From NCBI GenBank assembly GCA_018398765.1, contig JAHBMJ010000437.1:1-47582 (forward strand): a DNA stretch of 47,582 bases. Direction: 5' to 3'. Source of the DNA: Chromera velia (lineage: Eukaryota). Within the stretch, counting starts at the first letter, position 1. Each line of letters starts with the position of its first letter. Made by a program: the position numbers and the translations under genes. This document shows, in pieces, positions 37,773-47,582 of this stretch. The notes under the pieces were generated by a model. That model had not been told where the DNA came from, did no database searches, and worked only from the letters and a program-made list of their open reading frames with translations.

Positions 37773-38014
37773 CTAGGCGACGCACAGTGGTAAAAAAAAA
37801 AAAAGAATAGACATGTTAAGATTTTTTTTTTCTTTTTTTTTTTTTTTTAGTCTAGTGGTCAAAGGTCCAAGCAAACTTAGCAAAGGTAGGTTTTGTAGTT
37901 AGATGTGTTTTTGTTATATGTTTGGCACTTCCAATAAAATAATAGAAAAAAAAAAAAAGATTAGGCTTCTCCAGATTTTTTTTTTCTTTTTTTTTATCAC
38001 TGTGCGTCGCCTAG
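37773..38014. mobile_element. 242-bp MITE with perfect 8-bp TSD
   Basis: TIRs ctaggcgacgcacagtggtaaaa and ttttatcactgtgcgtcgcctag. TSD acacagag at 37765-37772 and 38015-38022. Confidence 0.9.
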
Positions 38015-39050
38015 ACACAGAGCCAGAAGCGATAGAAAAAAGACAGTGGCGAGACCGAAGGGGGGGGTCGCGCATGATGTTATGTGTTGGAATTGCGGTT
38101 GCTTGTCTGGTATGTCAGGATTGAGAGTGTGTGCATTAGTACTACGGCTTGTGCCAGGACGATTTTAAATTATGCACGTGACCGATCGTTCACGGGGTGG
38201 TGTTTGAGCCATACCGAGATTTATTGATTTTTCGTGCTATACGTGTATTTGGCATCGAATTGGCATGTGTCCGTCTATCTATACATGTGTACTGAGATAC
38301 AGGCATATGAGATTTCGAGTAGAAGGACTGCTCTTCCACTGAACACAGTGCTGCCGCCTATACTAGCATAGTGCGGAGACGGTTAGGACATATGTTACAG
38401 CTGTCTGAAGTAACGCGAATTCTAAGGTAACACTAATTGCCAAGACAAGACAAGACCGCTAACTGTGACTAAGGCTGTCACTAAGCTGTCACGATTTTTT
38501 TTTTCTCAAATTTTTTTTTGCCGGGATTTAGACATTTTTAATTGTAGTTTAAAATTGGGGTACTAATTAAATCACTATTACTGGTACTTATATGTATGGT
38601 GATTGTTATAAATTGTTATAGAACGTTCAATATAATTAAACATAACTAAACATAACATATAACTACATACAACATTAAACAACATCGTACAACCTTGTAC
38701 AATCAATATCAATTAATATTAATCAATTAATCACCAAGAAGAAGCAACTTAATTATAGTACTTTACATTTCATGTTTATCCAATAGTAGAGTCGGATATA
38801 GTCGGATATAAGTGGACTGCATGTAACTGCATGCATCTACATGCATCGCAGCATCGGTTAACAAATCCATCGGTTGGCCAGAGACCAAAAAATCAACTCA
38901 CCGGTTTTAACATCGCTTTAACTAGTTTTAACCACTTCAATCTATATTCAATTTATCTAATAATTTATTTAAATTTATTGAATTATATTCGATCTAGATA
39001 AATTTAGATTCCTAGTTAGATTCCCACCTTTAGTTCCATGTTATCTAGTG

Positions 39051-40628
39051 TATCGTGTTCCAGTGAACACGGCAAAGTGCACAGACGTTGGTGGCTAGCG
39101 TAGGGAGATGGAATGAAGTGAAAGTATAGGAATAAGGGAGACGGGCTCTGAGTGAAAAGAACGATTTAGGTCCGGCCAGGGACTGCACCATAAGCGCCGG
39201 AAGCGCCGGTTGCAGTGCAGTCTCCCATCCTGCAGAGCAGGAACCTACAGCTTTGTACTGCCTATCTGTCGAGTCTGTGATCAGTTCACTCATGCAGGCA
39301 CAGAGGCAAGAACAAGTTGAACTCACACTGATCGATCAAATTCTATTCAGGCGTGCCGGGACGATGCATGACAGATTGGTACGTGGGCGCGCCGTGCTCC
39401 ATAGGACCGTGCGTGGGCTTGCTGTGGGGCGGTGTGCGCTGCCCTTGCCTTCCTATACCCAGTCGTGCCGCCTCGTACGTGCGTCACGCCGGTAGGCCTC
39501 TGTGTGCCACCTATGGCACACAACACAGCTACCTTTTTCTTCTCTTTCTTTTTCTAAGGAGCCGCCCATCCAGTGTTATGGGAGGAGAAAGGGAAGGGGA
39601 AGCTGCTCCGTTGAAGCGTCTTGCTTGCGCAAATTCTCTCTGCGAGTAGCCGTGCTCGCCACCGCTGAGGTGCGGCAGTGCAGAAGCCTCTCATGCTAAG
39701 GAAAAGGCTGCAAGAAGACCAAACTCCGAGGGGGTTAGCCAAGGAGTGCCGAGGGGGTGAGCCAAGGTCTTCGCTGGTAGCAGCAGTGATGAAGTGGGGG
39801 GCAGAAGTCCACTTCACGGAAGGGAAACGAACGCAGGACAGCAAAGGTCATCGTCAGACCATCGGAGACGGCTGCTGGTTGAAGTGAACTTGTTGACGAT
39901 GCTGAGCGCGACGAGGAAAAACGGAAAAGCAAAGCACAACACTGGCACCAGAAGTGGGTCTCGGGGGACTCCACAAGCACCCACTAACCCCAGACCTCCC
40001 GGGGTTCCCCCAGATCACATCAGATCTCCACAAAAGAGGACAAGCGACCAGTTCCAAGGCAGTGCCGAGAAAGGGACACAAAGGGCACAAAAGTAACGAA
40101 GCGAAGAAACGAGGGGCTCAAAGGCCAAGAATCGAACGAGGCGATTGCTACCATATCGTGTTCCAGTGAACACGGCAAAGTGCGCAGACGTTGGTGGCTA
40201 GCGTAGGGAGATGGAATGAAGTGAAAGTATAGGAATAAGGGAGACGGGCTCTGAGTGAAAGGAACGATTTAGGTCCGGCCAGGGACTGCACCATAAGCGC
40301 CGGAAGCGCCGGTTGCAGTGCAGTCTCCCATCCTGCAGAGCAGGAACCTACAGCTTTGTACTGTCTATCTGTCGAGTCTGTGATCAGTTCACTCATGCAG
40401 GCACAGAGGCAAGAACAAGTTGAACTCACACTGATCGATCAAATTCTATTCAGGCGTGCCGGGACGATGCATGACAGATTGGTACGTGGGCGCGCCGTGC
40501 TCCATAGGACCGTGCGTGGGCTTGCTGTGGGGCGGTGTGCGCTGCCCTTGCCTTCCTATACCCAGTCGTGCCGCCTCGTACGTGCGTCACACCGGTAGGC
40601 CTCTGTGTGCCACCTATGGCACACAACA
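39051..40628 (-). mobile_element. TRIM-like non-autonomous LTR retrotransposon (1578 bp)
   Basis: 475-bp LTRs at 39051-39525 and 40154-40628 with 4 transition differences seen. Perfect TSD tagtg (39046-39050, 40629-40633). Minus-strand PBS TGGTAGCA (40146-40153) and PPT at 39532-39555. The 628-bp interior has no recognisable retroelement coding. Confidence 0.95.
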
Positions 40629-41822
40629 TAGTGTGTTATAAATTTTGAGATACAAGTAACGCAGTATATTAGTTAATGTTAGTAGTATGATATTATAGCA
40701 GGTTACTAGTAATTATCATTTTTTCTAGCATTTTTTTATATTTTATATGCTCAGTGGTGTACACCACTAAGCGTCTCCTTTGTAGAAAGTCAGCCACAGT
40801 CATTACGATCTTTCTAAATCCCCGCGGTAGTCTCCCGAACTCGTAAGGAGTCCCCTCACTTCGGCATAAGCAGCGGCACCAAAAAGGACAACCAAGAGTC
40901 AGCAGTGGAAGCAGGACAACCACAAGAGATAGACTCGGACCTGATCTGACTGAGGAGCTAGCTTGCTGAGGAGACACCTGCAAGCTAAGTTAACAACGCT
41001 ATACAAACTCGAAGCAGCGGTGCTTTCCTACGCCTGGAGGTACGTGGATGCCAGCCTTCTGGGTTTCTCTTTTCTTTCAGTGCCAACCAAACAAGCCGTG
41101 CTCACGGCCACAGCCAGTTTTAAGAAGGCAAAGCATTGTAAATGAAGAAAATCGGAGGAGACAGCGAAAATCTGGGCGCGTGACTTGAAAAGGTTTCCAC
41201 CCAGGGCAGGACGGGGATTGCACAACACGCGCAGGCCTTTTTAGGCAAGCTTTGACGCCTTGTCATGGCAATACACACTGCTGACAGCTCGGTATATGTA
41301 TAGCCAGTCAGAAAGGGGAAAGAGAAACAAAACAGGGGGAGAGAAGGACATCGGTAAGGGGGGGTAGGTCGCACAGCTCCGACCTGACACCTCCCAAGCT
41401 GACATAATTAACAGCTCAGACTACTAGCTGGAAGCTGGGGCATGTACAGATGAGCGGACCACATCTTCGGTTAAGAGTCACTGGCAATTACTTCTATTGC
41501 CGGGAAGGATAGATTGGTTCGTTCTTGTGTTTTTAGGTTTCTGCATGTGTTTTCTCCTATGGGGAGGACTGGCTGATCCTAGTACCCTGACTGACTCGTG
41601 TCTAACGCTGGAAGTTCAGAAATAGACCGACTGCGATGACGTATGATGAGTGAGTGATGATATTTTATACAAGTTTAGATATAGTAAGTAACACTACTAA
41701 GTGTGTTTTAGACTAGGTTTTAGACTGCGTCTGACTAGCAAAAGGGCGGGAGAGGCCGGAGGGTCCGATCTGCACTTCAAGTTGATTCCCGACACTGATC
41801 TTTGTGATGACAAATCCATACA

Positions 41823-42206
41823 TCAAAATGCCTTCTTTCGCGCCTCCGCCTGATAGTATCCTCCGAGAGGCGCAATAGGATCCTGCGAGAATCCGGAAGT
41901 GAGAAGCCACCTGAACTTCCTGTCTGCATCGTAGTTTCTTGTCTTGATTGGCTTCATGTCGTTGAGAGGGTCCGGCTTCTGCGTGAGGTTGTGGATCCTT
42001 GTGCCAAGCTGGTGCAGCTCCTTCGAGTGTTTGTAGATCTCCTCTTCTGACGGTGCTGCTGTGTGGACGTACTGCAGGCGTCGAGCATTGATCTTTCAGT
42101 GCGTGAGAGGAGATATTTCTGCATGCTGTCCTTTGCATTTCCCAACTTCCTCACTCATTCAACCAGTCACTCACTCTGTGTCCTTGGATGTATCTAGTGT
42201 GTGTCC

Positions 42207-42269
<63 letters not shown>

Positions 42270-42638
42270 AGAAAGAGAGAGATCTTGAGGGATAATGAGC
42301 ATCTCCCTCATTTGTGAAAGCGGCCGAGATGCCTCTCTCCGGCTGGCTACCTATCTTTTTTCATAAGAAAAGAAAGCAGAACAAACGCAACTGATCGATC
42401 ATGACTTCTCTATTCGTCCCCGTGATATGCGTGGATTTCGAGGGTACAGTAAAACACGCGGAGAAAGAGAAGAGCAAAGAAAGGATAGAAAAGGAAACAA
42501 AACAATTTTCTTCCTTCTTTCCCTTTCTAAGAGGATGAATGAAGAACGGCAAGAAGGAAAAGTCGAAAGGAGGAGGGAAGGGAGGAAGGAAAGAAGGAAG
42601 GAAAGAGAGAGAAAAATAAAGCTAGAGAGAAAGAGAGA

Positions 42639-42670
<32 letters not shown>

Positions 42671-42978
42671 GAAGGAAGGAAGGAAGGAAGAAAAGAAAGA
42701 AAGAAAGAAAGAAAGAAAAGACAAGAAAGAAAAAGAAAGAAAGAAAAGCAGGAAGGAAGGAAGGAAGGAAGGAAGGAAAAAAGAAAGAAAGAAAGAAAGA
42801 AAGAAAGAAAAGAAAGAAAGAAAGAAAGAAAGAAAAGAAAGACAGAGAGAAAGGAAGAAAGGAAGAAAGGAAGAAAGGAAGGAAGGAAGAAAGGAAGAAA
42901 GAAAGAAAGAAAAAAAGAAAGAAAGAACGAAAGAACGAAAGAAGGAAAGAAGGAAAGAAGGAAAGAAAGAAAGAAGGA

Positions 42979-43010
<32 letters not shown>

Positions 43011-43084
43011 AAAGGAGGAAGGAAGGAAGGAAGGAAGGAAGAAAGAAAGAAAGAAAAAAAAAAAAGAAAGAAAGAAAGAAAGAA

Positions 43085-43120
<36 letters not shown>

Positions 43121-43219
43121 AAAAAAAAAAGAAAGAAAGAAAGAAAGAAAGAAAGGAAGGAAGGAAGAAAGAAAGAAAGAAAAAAAAAAAAGAAAGAAAG
43201 AAAAGAAAGAAAGAAAGAA

Positions 43220-43259
<40 letters not shown>

Positions 43260-43865
43260 AAAAAAGAAAGAAAGAAAGAAAGAAAGAAAGGAAGGAAGGG
43301 AAGGGAAGAAAAGAAAATAAATAAAAGAAAGGAAGAAAAAACAGAAAAAAAAAAAGAAAGGAAAGAAAGAAAAGAAAGGAAGAAAGAAAGAAAGAAAAGA
43401 AAGGAAGGAAAGGAAGAAAGGAAGAAAAAATACAAAAAGAAACACAAGAAAGAAAGAAAAAAGAAATAAACACAGGAAAGAAAGAAGAAAAGAAAAGAAA
43501 GAATGAAAGAATAAAAAAAAAGAAAGTAAGTCTGGGAACAAAGGCCAAAGACACTTGAGGTGTAGGTTTGGAGTGTTGAGTGGCCGACCTCCAGATACTT
43601 CATCCGCTTCGTCATTTTGCCCATATACTCCTCTCTGCTCACACGACACCATCGCCAAAAAGGGAGTTTGTGGCATTCCTCTTTCTTTCATTGCGGCATA
43701 ACGCACTTGTGCAGAAAGAGAAACACCGTCTGTGCTCACGTAGATCGGCGAAACTTTCTGCTTTTCGCATCGATGACTCCATAAAGATACAACACGACAC
43801 ACACTTCTGGAGAAAACACCACAGACGCACGTCCATTGACACACGTATCAATCCAAACACACGCG

Positions 43866-43902
<37 letters not shown>

Positions 43903-44565
43903 AGACACAGAGAGAGACACACAGAGAGAATCGGGATCGAAAGAAGATCGTGAAGTGAAAAGACAGGGAGCCTCTGGAGCTGACTTGTCACTGAGTGGAA
44001 GTGTGTTGTAGTGTTTGAACTCCCACTTGTGTACGGCTTTCATGATCCGGTCATCTCTTCTGCGTACACATCGAGTGAGCTTCACCTGCAGGCAGACGGA
44101 GGCAGCGCGCACGGTGGAGGCAAGAGATCAATTAAAATACGCATTCCGATAACCAAACGGTGAAAGAGTCAAGGCCCTCACCCAATAAGGTTTGCAGTGA
44201 TACATTCTCGAGAATGCCGTCCAGTAAGTGGCCACCTTCTTACAGCTCTCAATGCACCGATCGAGGTCGTCTGCCAGAACATCGCATGCAGTGCCGTCGT
44301 CTGGCAGAACTTCCGCGGGCATGTCTTTGGGAAGCTTTGGGAGCTGGGAAAGAGATCGGAAGTTGTGCAATTGCACCCATGTGTAGAGAAGATTTTTCTC
44401 TGTTTTCTTTAGAAAGGCTTTCGAGCTACTCCAGTTGAACTTCCAAAAACGTTGTCTGTTCTCTCGTGGCTGAGCTTCTTTCGCCTCGTCGAGAAGTTCC
44501 AGCTCTCTATCACGAGAACGGATGAAAGCCTTCTCCCAGACTCTGGGCAGCATCTTCCTGTCTTG
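41823..44565 (-). CDS. Multi-exon hypothetical protein (5' exons probably extend to ~44860)
   Basis: Exon 44182-44565 (QDRKMLPRVWEK...KPYW, tag acceptor and gtgagg donor), an exon from 44085 (VKLTRCVRRRDD...), a donor at 43588, and a terminal exon 41823-42071 (YVHTAAPSEEEIYKH...EARKKAF*). Internal exons are unresolved. Confidence 0.6.
42520..43525. repeat. ~1-kb (AAAG)n/(GAAG)n polypurine microsatellite, probably intronic
   Basis: Directly visible. It lies between predicted exons of the minus-strand gene. Confidence 0.95.
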
Positions 44566-45302
44566 CTACACCAGTGAGAGGCCCGATTCCAGACAACAGA
44601 GTGCAAACCCTTTCTCCGGCACACTTCTCTACATGCAGACAGAACCCGCTTTTGCGTGTGTCCGTTCTGGCGTGTCCTCGCCCTACGGCCCCAGGAGGAA
44701 GCGATAGTGGAACTAAGGTGTGATGGCTGTTGTAAGTATGAATAACTGGAAGACCCTTCTGCACCTCAATGGCCCTTGTAACCCTTCATAGCGCCGTCTC
44801 ATGCCGTCTCCTCGAACGAAAGTTCGAATTCAAGGGCCTCAGCTTTCCGGGATGCGACTCATGCGAGGTATTGAAGGCACTCAACAATATGTAAACCGAG
44901 ACACACTTTTTTGAGTGACTCTTGGCGCGGGATGCGCATTTTAGCTTCCACGTATTCTGGGGCCTCTTTTGAAAGGAAATTGTTTATGTTGCACGTCCGT
45001 GTTACTACGGCCAGATAAGGGCCTCTTCCACTTGCAGACTGCCCTCAGAGGAAGAGATTCACCGATTCGTCATACCCTGGCGAGCCGCTGCCGATGCGCA
45101 ACAAAAATGGCGCGTTGCATGATCAGTTTGCAACACCTGAGTCGACCGTTGACTCGAAATTAAGTCACGAAGAGATCGAGAACCTCCCCTTCCTCTCTCA
45201 GTTGTGATCGCTGTTTGTTTAAGCCTTGTCTTCGTCTCTCTGAGAGCAACTACCTCGCCGCAGCGGTTCCGTTCTCCTTCCTACTAAAACCAACTAAACA
45301 AA

Positions 45303-45815
45303 ATGGGTGGCGGTGGCTCCCGTGGCGGTCGCTCTGTCTCTTACTCTGACTCCTCCAGCGGAGTCAGATACTCCACTTACAGAACTCCCACCACTTATAC
45401 CTACCGATCTGGCGCCTCCTCCGGCTCTGTGGTCTATTCCGGCAGACCCACCTACTCCAGAAGCTCCATCTACAGCTACAGCGTTGCCGGAAACTCCACA
45501 GAGGCTGGTAAGTGTCGGTGTATCTTGTGCTCAAACCATTGGGTCAAGAAGCTTTCCCTTCAATCCCTGACTCCTGTCCTCGCATCAAGAAGTTCCCCCC
45601 CTTTCAATCTCTCCTCACTACCCCCCTCTTCCCTCTGTTTTGCAGCCGAGGAGGTGATGGCCTGTGTTGACGTCGCTGACTGGAAAGACAACGACGGAGA
45701 CAGCTGCGCCGACTACGCCAACAACCAGGAGTGGTGCAACGACCTCGTCCCCGGCACCATGGACATGACCCCCCAGCAGGCATGCTGCGCTTCCTGCCCC
45801 CAGCCTGAAGCTTAA
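45303..45815 (+). CDS. Small two-exon protein (124 aa): Ser/Tyr/Gly-rich N-terminus plus Cys-rich module
   Basis: Exon 1 at 45303-45507, intron gtaagt...ttgcag at 45508-45645, exon 2 at 45646-45815. Strong C-ending codon bias in the exons only. Module: CVDVADWKDNDGDSCADY...WC...ACCASC. Confidence 0.85.
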   Translation: MGGGGSRGGRSVSYSDSSSGVRYSTYRTPTTYTYRSGASSGSVVYSGRPTYSRSSIYSYSVAGNSTEAGKCRCILCSNHWVKKLSLQSLTPVLASRSSPPFNLSSLPPSSLCFAAEEVMACVDVADWKDNDGDSCADYANNQEWCNDLVPGTMDMTPQQACCASCPQPEA

Positions 45816-46360
45816 ACGAGAGAGAGAGTTGTGACAAGGACGACAAGCACTGGTCATCACACGCTGCTGCTGCGTCTCGAGATGTACATGAAGTGGAATT
45901 ATCTGATCCACCTCAAGAAAGATACGTACACGCACCACATTACACCACAAGAAGGACGCGATGAACCTTGAACCGGAACGGAAAGAAGAGTCGTTTTTTA
46001 CATTGTCTTTTGGTCCTGGATTCTTGTCTGAGCCTGTGCACTATGAGCCCTTTTGCAAATGATAGTGACTGTACTTCTTACCCCTGGGTCCCCGCTACTG
46101 ACTTGTTCGCCAGAGTATGCGGCCTGTACCCCTGCATTGAGAATCGCAACGTGCCTTCCTGTGGAGTGTCCTTGCATGCATGGAGTGTGGAAGACCGATG
46201 AAGAGAGCACTTTTGCACTATTCAACGCCTTCACGCTAGTCGTTCGCCAGAGAACTCTGAAGAAAAGACTTAAAGACCTTATTTCAAAAGATCTGAGCAA
46301 AAATTTCTTACTACTGTCTGTCCCAAAGTGTGTGTTGTCGGTCTTGTGTTCACCTTACGC

Positions 46361-46604
<244 letters not shown>

Positions 46605-46958
46605 TGGAGAAGGTTTTCGGCCCCACCAGCACCGTCGCTCTTTCGTTCGGTATGGGACTTTGAGAGTCTTTTCTTCTCTTGTCTTGAGTGTAAGCAGCAG
46701 AGGAGTAGCTTGTGAAACCAGTGATCACGTGAAACTCTGTCTGGAGGTGGAGAGGCAAGGGACGCTTAACTCTCACCTTTCGGGCCCCCTGCCCACGCTG
46801 TTTGATTGTTGGTGCTGTTCTTTTGTCTTTGTTTTTTCTTTCTTGTCTGTTGTATTTAAAAAAGAGAGAGAAGAAGAAGAAACAGTTTGTCTGTCTGTTT
46901 CTCTGTCTATCTGTCGTGTTTACGAAGAAAAGGAGGGAGAAGAAGAAACATATAGTCT

Positions 46959-46993
<35 letters not shown>

Positions 46994-47300
46994 CTGTTTC
47001 TCTCTCTCTCGTTCTTTCTGCATGTGTGTATATGTATATCCATGTATATCTGTCTGTCTGTGACATACTCTCTAAGTACTATTTGTTTAAATATATGTGT
47101 GTGCCTGCATCTGGCATATAAATTATGATGTAATAAAGTCTGATGACTCTGATCGCAAACTTTAAACTTCAAACGTTCATGCATAAAAACTCTGAATTCT
47201 AACTCCCCTGACACTAAAGTAAACTTAAAATGTCGCGCGGTAGGCGCGGCCAGACTTGAAACGCCTGCGCCGTAGGCGTGGCTTAACTTGAAGGTTTTTC

Positions 47301-47582
47301 GATTGATTGATTGATTGATATGTTCCGCCCTAGGGCCTTCCCACTATGTCTATTTGTCACGAGAGCTAGCAGGGCGGGGCGTTCCCTAGCCTAAGCTGAG
47401 GTATCAGACCCTACCCTCGGGGCCCGCCAGAGTCTGTTGCCCTGGCCGCTGATTGATTGATTGATTGATTGATATGTTCCACCCTAAGGCCTTCCCGCTA
47501 TGTTTATCTGTCGCCAGAGCTAGCAGGGCGGGGCGTTCCCCAGCCTAAGCTGAGGTATCAGACCCCGCCCTCAGGGCCTGCC
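47301..47582 (-). repeat. ~154-bp tandem repeat with (ATCA)n tails, resembling 3' ends of a SINE/LINE
   Basis: (gatt)n-gatatgttcc...cctaagctgaggtatcagaccc begins at 47301 and again at ~47450. The second copy runs off the window. Confidence 0.75.

Noticed and set aside
35400..38500. Hammerhead ribozyme or pseudo-LTR next to the PLE-like RT
   Set aside because: I found no CTGANGA...GAAA core with flanking stems and no terminal direct repeat by eye. A covariance-model search would be needed.
40128..40153. tRNA-like 3' end (atcgaa...tgctacca) as a tRNA gene
   Set aside because: No T-stem or cloverleaf pairing was found. It is better explained as the PBS of the LTR element.
42399..43844. Long Phe/Leu/Ser and Lys/Arg/Glu ORFs (297-481 aa)
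   Set aside because: These are artefacts of the (AAAG)n tract, which lacks stop codons.

Overview
Eukaryotic nuclear DNA with short GT-AG introns, long simple-sequence tracts and GC-rich low-complexity exons. The style suggests a protist such as a chromerid alveolate; this is an inference and was not verified. Four probable host genes form two divergent pairs. The first pair is an intronless syntaxin-17-like SNARE (minus, 16748-18532) and a multi-exon gene with a putative TerD-like N-terminus and a long Pro/Gly/Ser tail (plus, 19402-25644). The second pair is a multi-exon hypothetical gene (minus, ~41.8-44.6 kb) and a small two-exon Cys-rich gene (plus, 45303-45815). The rest is mostly decayed mobile DNA: two non-autonomous LTR elements with PBS, PPT and TSDs, several TIR elements/MITEs, minisatellites, a palindrome cluster, and a pseudogenised Penelope-like reverse transcriptase with no visible endonuclease, interrupted by an inverted copy of its own upstream sequence. 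Repeat copies differ mostly by C>T/G>A changes at CpA/TpG and CpG, which resembles RIP-like hypermutation. All protein family calls come from motif recognition by eye; no database searches were run.
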